Origin: Selaginella moellendorffii
Taxonomy: Eukaryota > Plantae > Lycopodiophyta
Assembly (NCBI RefSeq): GCF_000143415.4
Contig: NW_003314334.1
Span: 451,614 to 515,613 of the forward strand
Length of the DNA stretch: 64,000 bases
Reading direction: 5' to 3'
The position numbers and the translations under genes are program-made. Each line of letters begins with the position of its first letter. Positions within the stretch are counted from its first letter, which is position 1. Below are positions 1 to 11,159 of the stretch, piece by piece. The notes beneath the pieces are model-generated. The model saw nothing but the letters and a program-made list of their open reading frames with translations, did no database searches and was not told the origin of the DNA.

Positions 1-47
1 CCCTCGGCTCCCTGGACCTCCAGATACTGCCTCGCCGTCCACTCCAT
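1..47 (-). CDS. 5' end of a TWD40-1-like WD40 protein (TPLATE/TSET complex); continues beyond the left edge of the window
   Basis: Reads MEWTARQYLEVQGAEG, resembling the MEWATVQHLDL start of plant TWD40-1 (recalled). The duplicate at 5774 lacks 10 nt here and is frameshifted. Confidence 0.55.
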   Translation of the reverse strand, partial: MEWTARQYLEVQGAE

Positions 48-269
48 CGCTGCTAAAACCCTATAAACCCCCTTAGATCTGCGTCACACCTCTAGCGCCA
101 TCGCGTCGCTCCCGGATCCACATCCACAAAACCCTAGCTCACCTCGCGCGAAGCTCCCACAAGCTATACTACTGCCAGTATAGAGCTCGCACCACATTCC
201 ACTCCGGAATTCCAAGTGATTAAAATCCAACGGTGCAGATTTCCGAGCCCTAGGGCTTAGGGTTTATCC

Positions 270-1226
270 ACTCCCTCGACGCGCGCGGGCGACTCCTGCC
301 TCCTAACGCATCAGCGCCAAGACTCACGGCTGGTATGCTCGGCATTCCCTTTCCTGCCTTCCATTGCCCCAGATGGGATTTTCGAGCCAGGGGAATTGGA
401 TCGGTCGGGCCTAAAACCCGTGCTCTCCTGCTAGCCTTCAGGCTACAAATCCGTGCTCTTCCGCTAGCAGTAGATTCCAGCCAGGGGGATTGGATTGCAT
501 GCTCTTCTGCTAACAGTCAGGCAGTAGAAGATGGTTTCGAAGGAAAGGGAAGAAAGGAGTGGCTTTGAAAGCCTCGACTGCTGAAAGGCTGACAATGTGA
601 CGAAGAAGCCTCCTGCGAGAAAATCTAAACGGACAGCAAAGCCGCAAGAAGAGAACCAGGATAGATCCAAGCAGCAACCGGTGGCTGTGGAACAAAAGCC
701 CAGCGACACTACAAATGCCGCGAAGAAGCCTCCCAAGGGAGGAAAAGATGGTGGAGATTCGAAGTAAGTCCTCAAGAAGCAAGAAGAAGGCTGAAGTAGT
801 AGAAGCCATCGCCTGGCACATTCTCGAGATGATTAAGCTGGAAGGCATCATGAAGAAGGGGCTTAGTAAATCCGCTGGAAGAGTCCAGTCTGCTGCTGGC
901 TTGGAGAAGGAGATCGAGAGCTCCTCGAGAGTACTGCGCAGAGATTTCTCCAACAGAAAGCAAGGGACAAGTGAGCTTTCCGGCACAGCTTGTGAGCTAC
1001 AACGGCGTCAAACTGGACCAGTTCTCGCTCACTGCTGGCGACGCTAAGGCCGTAGACGTACTCTCCAGTACGCGTTCGAGGCCGGATGGTGGCGGCGTTC
1101 TTGTCGCGCTACTTCACCGAGGATGTGGACTACCGCTTCACGGCCAGGATGGAGGAGCAGCAACTCGACGCTGTTTCGTCCGGGAACATGAAGTGGAAGC
1201 AGTTCTGGCCAAACTTCCACGGCAAA
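270..1226 (+). pseudogene. Deletion-riddled relic of the topoisomerase IA gene
   Basis: Collinear patchwork of near-identical pieces of about 6000-8470 (EAIAWHILEMIKLEG, KSAGRVQSAA, LVSYNGVKLDQFSL, MVAAFLSRYFTE...QFWPNFH) joined by many internal deletions. Confidence 0.92.
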
Positions 1227-1578
1227 AGTAGCAGACATGCAACAGGTAGACGACTAGCTTTCCGGCCAAGGTTGATCGCCAATGTTAAACAGCTCTTTCT
1301 CAATTGTGTGAAATCCTTCTGTATATCACATCTTGGATCTGGATAGCCTTCATGAGCATGGAGGAATATAGACTCACGACTAGTACGAAATCATTTGGAC
1401 CACGAAGACTTCCGTATAGACGAATCCTTCACGAGTATGGAGGACTCTTTCTCCTTTTTCTTTTCCAGACGACTATTTCCGCCCCATTTTGCAATAGTGT
1501 CATATTCCATGAGAGCTTTTGACTTGTAAAGGTTGCTCGACATAAAAAGGAAAGCAGTTCGAGCAGAGCTTCGCAGGC

Positions 1579-3806
1579 ATGGGAGGGGCTCTTGTTCTTG
1601 GTGCTTATGTGATGCTCTGCATTTCAGCTTGTATACAGGCATGGGAAATGTATGAGCTCCAGGCTTTGCTTGCGTTTAAAGGAGGTTTATCAAATCACAC
1701 TGCTCTATCCGGCTGGACAATGGATAATTCTCACAATCTCTGTGTGTCTTGGGAAGGAGTGACCTGCAGTAATGTTACTGGTCACGTTATAATGCTCGAT
1801 TTGGGGGGTCTCAATCTCGAAGGAATAATCAGTCCGGAAGTATCCAGGTTGAAAAATCTGGAGGTGCTTGACCTCTCTTTGAATAACCTGGTTGGCCCTC
1901 TACCAAAAGAGTTTGGAATGATGAAGAAACTGAAAACGTTGTATTTGCCATGTGAAATTCCGGAATTTATTGGCAATTTATCATCGCTCGAAGTTATTTG
2001 GGCTGACATTGCATACCCAGGTCAATTGGGCAGCTAACAAACCTACGTCGTGTTGAAATTTCCTTTGGCTATATTTTTTGGTCAATCCCTGAGGAACTTG
2101 GTAATTGCAGTAAGCTGGAGGAGATACACATTTTCCCTGATAACATTATTGAAGGTTTTATACCAGTGTCACTCACGCTTCTACCTCTTCTCAAAGTTTT
2201 GTCTTTGAGTCATTTGAATGGTACGGGGGCAATCCCAAAAGAAATATGGAACTTGACTCATTTGGAGGATCTTACTCTAAAACATTGCTCCTTGACAAGC
2301 TCATTTCTATCAAGTGATATTCCATCATATTCAAGTAATTTCCAGCGTTTAAATCTCAGTTACAACATGTTCAGTGGTACGATACCACTCAGCTTAGGAC
2401 AAATGGGAGGACTAATCGACCTTAACCTTAGGAATAACAGGTTCACAGGTAGTATACCAGCTAGCTTGGGACATCTATCAAATTTAAATGAGCTACACTT
2501 GGGTAACAATTTGTTGACTGGTGCCATACCAATGAATTTAAGGCAGCTATCGAATCTGAAATTTCTTGAGTTGAGTAACAACAGCTTGAATGGCAGCTTA
2601 TCATATATCTTGACAACAACTTCAGTTGAATACTTGGATCTATCAGACAACAAATTCAACGGACATATGCCACCCATTTCAAGGGACATGCAATTCCTAT
2701 TTTTGTCAAACAACATGCTCACTGGGGAAATACTGGGAATAAGTATTGGGCCTTTGTGTAATTTGAATTACCTGGATGTGAGTGGTAATAGATTAGTTGG
2801 GGGTTTGCCAAATTGGCTCAAGCACTGCACTAATCTAATTTTTCTTCGGGTTGATAATAACTTTTTGAGTGGAAAGCTTGGAGCAGATGTCTTCAAAAAC
2901 ATGACAAATCTTCAATATATTTCACTCTCATATAACAAATTTGAAGGTGAGCTACCAGAAAGTCTATCACAAAAAGTACAGCACATTATCATCAGTGATA
3001 ACAAGTTTTCTGGCAAAATTCCTTCATTTCTTTCACATTTCAAAAATCTCACAGTGCTAATCATTGGTGGAAACAGATTCCATGGCCCAATACCTGATTG
3101 GTTGTGGAACATGACCCACCTTCACATCCTTGACCTCTCCCACAACAAGTTTGAAGGAAGTCTTTCACGTTCTCTAAGCCAATTATATGCATTCAAACAT
3201 ACCAATGGTATTCCTGAATGGAGACCTATAGGATTGCTTAGGAAAACATTAATGCTTATGGTCAAAGGAAGAGAATGACAATTTCCATGTTTTGATCCAT
3301 CAAATACCGTCCTTGATTTGTCATCCAACCAATTGACAGGAGTGATTCCTCCAAGTTTGGGTGAGTTGGTTAAACTCCACATCCTCAATCTCTCCAATAA
3401 TCACTTTTCTGGAAACATTCCCCAAACTCTGGGCAAGATGGTACAGTTAGAGCAACTGGACTTCTCCTTCAACAACATTACTGGACCCATCCCCAACACG
3501 TTTCAAGAAATTCATTCACTATCAGTTCTGAATCTTTCATTCAACAGGCTTGAGGGCAAGATTCCATTTGGCTTGGGGCAGATGAGCACATTTGATAAGT
3601 CAAGTTATTTGGAAAATCCAGGCTTATGTGGAAAGCCACTTGACAAAGAGTGTTCTTGTAATAGCAGTTCCACGTTAATGGTTTATAAGCATTTCAACAG
3701 TAGCAGCTGGTGGTGGGAAAATGTGTCATTGTGGGCATTTACATTTGGCTTCACTATTTCATTGATTTCACTCGTTTGGGCATGCATATTTGAAGCATAT
3801 ATATGA
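1579..3806 (+). pseudogene. LRR receptor-like protein pseudogene
   Basis: Signal peptide, LRRNT (C-x-W-x-GVTC), plant LxxLxLSxNxLxGxIP repeats, NPGLCG cap and TM segment. Frameshift near 2010 and in-frame TGA at 3276-3278. C-terminus (WWWENVS) resembles the gene at 33457-36273. Confidence 0.85.
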
Positions 3807-3879
3807 ACATATTTACGAGGGGTTAAGGTTTATCAACGAAGATACTGCTTGGCTGCGACAAGCTTGTCGACTAGTAATG

Positions 3880-4200
3880 AGTACAATGAGAGCTCTCAAG
3901 CTGGTCCTCAGCAACATTTATCTTCCATTGCCACAAGTAGGGTATCGTGTGGGATTTTCGGGCCAGGGGCGATGGCAGAAATTAAGAGTAGAAAATGAGG
4001 CTGAGAATGTGATGGATCTCTAGAGGGAGACCTATACCATAGAAATATAAGAAAAATGCTAGATCCAAGCAGCAGGCAATGTGATGACACTACCAATGCC
4101 GCGAAGAAGAAGGAACGAAAGAAGATGGAAAGCCCCAAGGAAGTTGTAGCTCCAGAATGCAAGAACTGGATCAACCTAGTGTTCATGTAGCTAAGAGACA
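3880..4200 (+). pseudogene. Older degenerate fragment of the topA 5' region
   Basis: Similar to about 6055-6670 (gagagctctcaag, tcgtgtgggattttc, gccaggggcgatgg, aatgccgcgaagaagaag). Confidence 0.65.
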
Positions 4201-4819
4201 AGGGTGGGAAAAGATCACAAATGAACCAAGTGATTACAAAACATGACAAGTGATGGACGTTCTCATATTGAAGGTTGCATCGGTGCTGGGAACTTTGAAG
4301 CAGGGAAACTAGTGAGGGACAGGGGACTCGTGGAAGAGCTCCACAACTTGCTCTGCCTTTGGGCACAGCAGGATTGTGGAAGGTGTGTGCTTCTGCAATT
4401 TTTCTTTTCTCTATATGTTGGACTGTTTTTCTTGCTCAAGCAAGACGATGAACAAACGTTTCCAATAATGCAAAGCTGCTAATCTTCCATGTGACACAGT
4501 TTCTAAAGGCTGCTGGAGATTTCCACCAAGAAGAAATTGGCCAAGTAAGTTCTTCTAAATGTAATATCGGTTTTGAAAATGTTTGGTGCTTGTCCAGGGT
4601 TCCTTTGATGAACTCCACTCCATTCCCATGACATTGTGATACTACTTGGAGGGCCTTCAAGACTGAGATCGACTATCCTCAAGCTTTACTCCAAGAGACT
4701 TATCCTTCAACAGATCACAAACGATCAACGAGTATATTTTGCTTCTTTCTTGTTCCGTGTGACTGCCCTCCAGATACGCACTTGAGATCCAGCTTTGGTT
4801 TGAGATGCTAGCGGCTGAT

Positions 4820-5120
4820 CAAGCACTGATTTGGAAGGAAAGGAGTGGCTGTCAAAGCCAAAAGCCAGCAGACATCCGAGGCTGAGCAAAATCCTCTCTA
4901 GACGCAAGAAAAGAGCTGAAGTAATACCTGCAACTGCCATCAATTACGATAGAACAAGAAGTAAGAGTTGCAACTGCCATCGATTCCTCCAAAGAGACAA
5001 TAGAACAAGAAAACGGGCTGCTCTCACAGGAAAGGTGGGTGGCCGTGGTGGAGTCTCCTGCCAAGGCCAAAACAATAGAGAAGTACCTGGAAGAGAACTA
5101 CGTGGCGAGCTATGGTGACA
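4820..5120 (+). pseudogene. Degenerate topA fragment (Toprim start)
   Basis: gtggtggagtctcctgccaaggccaaaacaatagagaagtacctgg...gcgagctatggt matches the VESPAKAKTIEKYL...ASYG region at 6740-6822. Confidence 0.8.
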
Positions 5121-5149
5121 TACGAGACCAAGCTGAAGTTAGCACAGGT

Positions 5150-5774
5150 CGAGTGACCTCCCTGGAATAGATAAGTGATCTTCGGGACAGGGTATACTAC
5201 ATTGAGCCAGAACCTTAGCAACATCCAAACTTTCAACGCCTAGAAGAAAAAGAAAACAAAGAGGACTTAATGAAACTACCCGTATATTGAATAACCAGTA
5301 TTATGTTACCTGCAGACTCGAAGAAGTTCGCACACATCCTGCACCATGCCATCCTTTGAAAGAGTCACAAGTAACCACAACATAGAATGCCAGGAAAGAG
5401 CTGATACTGGATTTGAACCCGCTTGAGTGCTGCCAAGTTTAATGAGCATTTAGCATCCAGAAGCAAACAGGTAAACAACTACAACCAAACGTGACGCATC
5501 AAAAGTTTATCTTGATACAAGACAAAGACTTACCATTTAAATACGTTCCAAAGAACAGCCACGGTCGAAGTTGTATCGCCATCTCTTCTGAGATCCTGTC
5601 TGTTTTCTTGGCTGGAGAATAAAGAAAATGCGTGTGCTCGGTATCTAGATCCCACGACTTAATGCTCCAATCCTGGGAGGAAAAAAAAAAACGCGAAGAG
5701 CGCCTGCGAGTGATGAAATGCTCCACACTGTGGCCGGCTCTCGGCTCCCTGGACCTCCTCGCCGTCCACTCCAT
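5150..5774 (-). pseudogene. TWD40-1-like (TPLATE/TSET WD40 subunit) pseudogene with internal deletions
   Basis: Pieces DWSIKSWDLDTEHTHFLYSPAKK..PWLFFG, GSTQAGSNPVSALSWHSML..VTLSKDG, ANFFESA|GVESLDVAKVLAQ and VYPVPKI match recalled plant TWD40-1 motifs in order (EDCTIRSCDFETEQ, GITQVGSQPITSISWLPML, ESIDIPRILSQ..YPLPRI). Frameshifts present. Confidence 0.75.
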
Positions 5775-5977
5775 CGCTGCTAAAACCTATACCCTTCGAT
5801 CTGCGTCAGACCTCTAGCGCCATCGCGTCGCTCCCGGATCCACATCAACAAAACCCTCGCTCACCTCGCGCGAAGCTCATTCCAGTTCCATTCCGGAATT
5901 CCAACTAATGAGAATCCAACGGTCCAGATTTCCGAGCCCTAGGGGTTAGGGTTTATCGACAAAGATGCCGAGGCGCG

Positions 5978-8900
5978 ATGGCGCTGCTGGGAATGAATCT
6001 CTCCCTCGACGCGCGCGGGCGAATCCTGCCTCCTAACACATCAGCGCCGAGAATGGGAGCTCTCAAGGCCAGCAGTTCTCTGTTCTCGCGGCTGCTGTGC
6101 TCGTCCTCGGCGGCATTCCTTCCTTCCATTGCCCCAGGTAGGATTTCGTGTGGGATTTTCGAGAGCGGGAGCCAGGGGCGATGGGGGATTGCACAGTCAG
6201 GCCACAAATTCGTGCTCTACCAATTCTCCAGAGATTTTTCTTCCGCTAGCAGTAGAAGATGGTTTCGAAGGAAAGGGAAGAAGGGAGTGGCTTTGAACGC
6301 GTCGACTGCTGAAAGCCAGCAGACTGCCGGGGCCGAGAATGTGGCGAAGAAGTCTCCTGCGAGAAAATCTAAAGGCACAGCAAAGCCGCAAGAAGAGACC
6401 CAGGATCCCCAAGCGATAGATAAGAAAAAGGCCAGATCCAAGGTGGCTGTGGAACAAAAGCCCAGTGACGCTACGAATGCCGCGAAGAAGAAGAAGAAGA
6501 GCGAATCGAATGCTACGAAAGAAGATGACGGAGGAAAGGTGAAAACTGCTGCTAAAACAACGAAGCCCAAGGATGCCGCGAAGCCGAAGCCTGCCAAGGA
6601 AGGAAAAGATGGTGGAGATTTGAAGGAAGCTCCAAGTAAGAGAAGCAAGAAGAAGGCTGAAGTAGTAGCTGCTACTACCATTGATTCCACCATAGAGACG
6701 GGAGAACAAGAGAACGGGGCCGCGCTCTCTGGAAAGGTGGTGGTCCTGGTGGAGTCTCCTGCCAAAGCCAAAACGATCGAGAAGTACCTGGGAGAGAACT
6801 ACGTGGTGGTGGCGAGCTATGGTCACGTAAGAGACCTGGCAGCACGCTCCGGCTCGGTCCGTCCCCAGGACGACTTTGATCTGGTCTGGGAAGTCCCGGA
6901 CACTGCAAAGTCGCGCTTCAACCAGATCAAAACAGCGCTCAAGGGAGCACAGGCGATGGTTCTAGCTTCTGACCCGGACAGGGAAGGAGAAGCCATCGCC
7001 TGGCACATTCTCGAGATGATTAAGCTGGAAGGCATCATGAAGAAGGGACTGAAGATCCAGAGGGTGACATTCAACGAGATAACCAAAACGGCTGTCCAGC
7101 AGGGAATGAAGTCACCCCGAAACATAAGTCAGGAGCTTGTGGACGCGTACTTGGCGAGACGAGCACTCGACTATCTCATCGGTTTCGACATCTCTCCGCT
7201 CCTGTGGCGGAAGCTGCCGGGTAGCAAATCCGCTGGGAGGGTCCAGTCTGCTGCTCTGTGTCTCCTCGCTGACCGGGAGAAGGAGATCGAGAGCTTTACT
7301 CCTCGAGAGTACTGGACGGTGGAGGCAGAGATTTGTCCAGCAGACAGCAAGGGACAAGTGAGCTTTCCGGCACGACTTGTGAGCTACAACGGTGTCAAAC
7401 TGGACCAGTTCTCGCTCACAGGTAGCGAGGCCGAGGCTGCTGCCAGCTACATCGGGCAGAGCTCCCTCAAAGTTGATGGCATGAAGAACAGTGTTGTACG
7501 AAGGAATGCTCCGGGACCGTACATTACATCCTCGCTACAGCAAGACGCATCAAGCAAGCTTGGATTCGGTGCTTCCAAAACGATGCTTCTGGCGCAGAAG
7601 CTTTACGAAGGTGTCAAGCTTCCAGATGGTGAACTGGTCGGTCTCATAACTTACATGAGGACGGACAGCATGCAGCTGTCGGCTCAAGCCATCGAAAGCA
7701 TTCGAAAGTTTGGCGAGGAGAGATATGGCAAGAACTACGTCCTCAGCAGTCCCCGGAAGTTTTCATCCAAAGTGAAGAACGCCCAGGAAGCTCACGAGGC
7801 AATAAGACCGACAGGCATCGAGCGAATTCCATCGGAGCTGGCGAAAGTTTTGGAGCAGGATGCGTTGCGGCTGTATGCTCTCATCTGGAGGAGAACGATG
7901 GCGTGTCAGCTGGAGCAAGCCGTGTTTAATCACGTTTCTCTGGACGTGGAGGACCCGAAAGGCGTTGTGAGGCTGCGATCGACAGCATCGACCATGGAGT
8001 TTCCAGGCTTTCAGATCGTCTACAGAGACAAAGACGCCCTTGCCGGTGACAACGAAGACGAAGAATCAGCCACGGAGAAGAAGCTTCCATCTCTCAAAGC
8101 TGGCAGCTGCGTCTCAGCCATAGACGTCAAGCACAAGCAGCACTTCACGGAGCCGCCACCTCGATACACCGAAGGAAGCTTGGTGAAGAAGATGGAAGAG
8201 CTTGGCATCGGGAGGCCGTCGACGTATGCTCACGTCCTCAAGACTCTCCAGCTGCGGCAGTACATGCAAATCGAGAAGCAGCGGATCATCCCACGCGTTC
8301 GAGGCCGGATGGTGGCGGCGTTCCTCTCGCGCTACTTCACCGAGTTTGTGGACTACGGCTTCACAGCCAAGATGGAGGAGCAACTCGATGCTGTCTCATC
8401 TGGGAGCATGAAGTGGAAGGAAGTGTTGCAGCAGTTCTGGCCAAACTTCCACGACAAGGTGACGTCCACGGCCAAAGTTCCGACTCAACAGGTAGCGGAC
8501 ATGCTCGCCAGCCTCTTCTCGGACAAGCTCGCTGGAAAAGACAAGACGTGCCCGAATTGCCACACCGGCGAGCTCCAGCTCAAGCTCACGAAGTTTGGAA
8601 CTGGCTATTTCCTCGGCTGCAATCGCTATCCTTCGTGCCACTACAGCAACAGCCTCGACAAGGACGAGGAGGAGGAGGAGGAAGAATGCGGCTCGCCGGT
8701 GGCGAAATCCAGGAGCAAAGTTCTCGGGGTGGATTCCAGCACGGGGCTTCCGGTCTTGTACAAGGAGGGGCCGTATGGAGACTACGTGCAGATTGGCGAG
8801 GATGCCAAAGGGAAGCTCAAGCCAAAGCGAGTGAGAGTTCCCGAGAGCATAAACTACAATGCCTTCACCCTGGAGATGGCGATGGAGCTGATGAAGTATC

Positions 8901-9115
8901 CCAAGGAGCTGGGAGTGGATCCGGAAGGAAAGCCGGTGATGATCGGGATCGGGAGGTTTGGGTGCTACATCCGGAGGGAAGGCTACTCCGTTTACGTCCC
9001 AAAGGATCAAAAGGTGGAGGAGCTGACGCTGGAAATGGCGCTGGATATTTTTGTCAAAGGGAAGGAGGATCGTCGAAAGGTGAGGAAGTCACCAGTGAAG
9101 ATTGCATTTGCATAG
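5978..9115 (+). CDS. topA: DNA topoisomerase I, type IA (bacterial TopA-like), probably organelle-targeted, intronless
   Basis: Toprim VESPAKAK/SYGHVRDL/DPDREGEAI, SAGRVQS, catalytic LITYMRTDS, AQEAHEAIRPT, GIGRPSTYA, C4 zinc ribbon (CPNC..GCNRYPSC), C-terminal GPYG/GRFG repeats, and a Ser/Arg-rich transit-peptide-like N-terminus. Confidence 0.95.
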   Translation: MALLGMNLSLDARGRILPPNTSAPRMGALKASSSLFSRLLCSSSAAFLPSIAPGRISCGIFESGSQGRWGIAQSGHKFVLYQFSRDFSSASSRRWFRRKGKKGVALNASTAESQQTAGAENVAKKSPARKSKGTAKPQEETQDPQAIDKKKARSKVAVEQKPSDATNAAKKKKKSESNATKEDDGGKVKTAAKTTKPKDAAKPKPAKEGKDGGDLKEAPSKRSKKKAEVVAATTIDSTIETGEQENGAALSGKVVVLVESPAKAKTIEKYLGENYVVVASYGHVRDLAARSGSVRPQDDFDLVWEVPDTAKSRFNQIKTALKGAQAMVLASDPDREGEAIAWHILEMIKLEGIMKKGLKIQRVTFNEITKTAVQQGMKSPRNISQELVDAYLARRALDYLIGFDISPLLWRKLPGSKSAGRVQSAALCLLADREKEIESFTPREYWTVEAEICPADSKGQVSFPARLVSYNGVKLDQFSLTGSEAEAAASYIGQSSLKVDGMKNSVVRRNAPGPYITSSLQQDASSKLGFGASKTMLLAQKLYEGVKLPDGELVGLITYMRTDSMQLSAQAIESIRKFGEERYGKNYVLSSPRKFSSKVKNAQEAHEAIRPTGIERIPSELAKVLEQDALRLYALIWRRTMACQLEQAVFNHVSLDVEDPKGVVRLRSTASTMEFPGFQIVYRDKDALAGDNEDEESATEKKLPSLKAGSCVSAIDVKHKQHFTEPPPRYTEGSLVKKMEELGIGRPSTYAHVLKTLQLRQYMQIEKQRIIPRVRGRMVAAFLSRYFTEFVDYGFTAKMEEQLDAVSSGSMKWKEVLQQFWPNFHDKVTSTAKVPTQQVADMLASLFSDKLAGKDKTCPNCHTGELQLKLTKFGTGYFLGCNRYPSCHYSNSLDKDEEEEEEECGSPVAKSRSKVLGVDSSTGLPVLYKEGPYGDYVQIGEDAKGKLKPKRVRVPESINYNAFTLEMAMELMKYPKELGVDPEGKPVMIGIGRFGCYIRREGYSVYVPKDQKVEELTLEMALDIFVKGKEDRRKVRKSPVKIAFA

Positions 9116-9481
9116 TTAGTGTTCAATTAACTTCTCTCACTAATGTTTCTGAGGTAAAGCGGCTTTCCAAATCACTATATAATGTTTCCAAAGATTATTT
9201 CGCAATTGTTTGAATTTGTGTGGATCACATCGGTGTCTTCTCTTTTCTGACGAGCATGCATTTTTGGTCACGAAGACTGCCATATTCGGAGAAAAGCTTC
9301 CAGTACGCTAACCAGGTTTGTTCTCATTTATTTCGTTTTATTTTTTTCTTTCAGGTGAAACGCTCTGATGAGATGCTTCTCCAACTCCGGACCAACTCTA
9401 AAGAACAGGACTCGCATTGACAGCATCGGCTGTAGAGCGCAACCCAAAATGAGCAATCTTTGGAGTTCCTTCTCCAATTGC

Positions 9482-9525
9482 GGTGTTGTTGTGGTTGTTG
9501 TGGTTGTTGTGGTGGTGGTGTTGTT
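9482..9525. repeat. (GTT/GTG)n microsatellite
   Basis: ggtgttgttgtggttgttgtggttgttgtggtggtggtgttgtt. Confidence 0.9.
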
Positions 9526-9655
9526 TCGTCGCCATTCCAAGTTAATGCTTTAATTAAGTTTGATGCATAAAGTTAGAGAAAATGAATATTGTGGCAAATG
9601 CTCTAAGTTGGAAAACAAATTTAAAATTGATGGTATCTAACATAATAACAACCTT

Positions 9656-11100
9656 CTAGAATAATGTGTGGACAATGTCTCTAACGCTCGTGGTGTTGCC
9701 ACTGCTGTTACAAATGCCATGGCTGGTTTGGCATTGGACCGGCCTGGATTCACATGCTCCTGTCCAAAAACTCGCGGCAAACCACCACTGCTGTTGTTGT
9801 TGCTGCTCTTGATTCCCCAAGGCTCTCGACGCGTCCATGCCTGAAAATCCTATGCTACCGTTTGGACCAAACTTAGGACTCGGCTTGGTTCTCAGCTGCG
9901 GCACTGCCTGGATGATCTCTTTGAAGCAGAGGGGGAAACCTCGCGGGCGGCTTCTGAAGCTGCTGCTGGGCCACTGCCTCGACGTTTCTGTAGTTTTGGA
10001 CCACGTTCCTGTGCTGCTGTAGTTGTACGTCGTGACTTCGTGAAAACTTTCGAGACAAGAGCCGCAGGAGCAGCAGACGTGCTGGATGGCACTTCGATGG
10101 CAAAAAGTTGCTGTGATGCCTCGGCCCTTGAAGGAATCTTTTGTTCCACGGGCTCGGTTCGTAAGCTGTCAGGTCGTGAAGTCAGACTTCTCGTGCTATC
10201 CTGGAGCCAAAACCTTGCAACAAAGTCCCAGGCCGGACGCTTGAAGTTTGCACCGAACAAGGCGAGGCTTTGGGCGTAAGAACCACAACATAGAATCCAT
10301 CAGCATCACGAGGCAGCGCGGGAATAATTTGTGCGACAACAGCTTCATCAAAAGGCTCAGAAGGACGTGGCACGATTCTCATTCATAATAAGTAGTCCGC
10401 GTCCCTTGAGAGAGGCAGCATTTCATAAAGAACCTGAAAGTAACACGCACAGGCAATGAATGCGATTAATAAAGCGCAAACAGCAGCGTTTTTACCTTCC
10501 TGAATTTTGAAATCGTTTCCAGAACTTTGAAATGGAATGGTCGATGTCGTTTTTTTCCATACGCTAAACCAGCCCCGGGCGTTGCATCAGAGCCTTGCTG
10601 TTCAGAAGACTGATTGCCTTTGCGTTGACCATTGAGCAGCTTTTCGGGCGATGTCCTCGATCTTTGGCCTGTTTCATCAGTGCAACTGTAAAACTGAATT
10701 TGCAAGTTTAACAAGCTCAGACCTGTTTGTGATCAATTGTCCTCGGAGTGTTGTATTTCATAGCGTTGCTGCGAATTAAATTAACATCCCTCTGCAATAG
10801 GCACAGTTAGTCAATAATTCCAGGAAGAAATATAAGCTTTCACCTCAAAAAGTTCAATCGATTTTGGAGAGTTTCTTTTGAAGTCCATGGGCTCCTTGAT
10901 GATGTCAAGGTAATCTGCAATGAAACCAAATAAGTGACTTTGCAAACACAGATACCACACAGATGAACAAACCTCTTCAGGATTGGCAAAAACTCTGTAT
11001 GAGAAATCATAAGCAATGCTCGTTCAAACAAAATTAAAAACAATCATAAACACACTTTTGGAATCTCTCTTCCAGCACCTGCGTTGAGGAGTACCATTCT
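9656..11100 (-). pseudogene. Plant bromodomain-containing protein, probably pseudogenised and 5'-truncated
   Basis: Spliced pieces YRVFANPEE, DYLDIIKEPMDF and RDVNLIRSNAMKYNTPRTIDHKQ, then SYAQSLALFGANFKRPAWDFVAR (family motif YARSLARFAATLGPVAW). Frameshifts and stops downstream of the bromodomain. Confidence 0.7.
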
Positions 11101-11159
11101 CAAGCAGTCTTGGAAGACTGTAAATGCACCTATTAATTCTCACAACTATAAAAATCCAA

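Noticed and set aside
5978-9115. Bacterial contamination of the contig
   Set aside because: The gene has a eukaryotic targeting-like extension, an upstream telo-box-like motif and local decayed duplicates interleaved with plant genes.
6197-9213. Long antisense and alternative-frame ORFs over topA (and similar ones over the PPR, CXE and RLP genes)
   Set aside because: Expected shadows of GC-rich coding sequence; no independent motifs.
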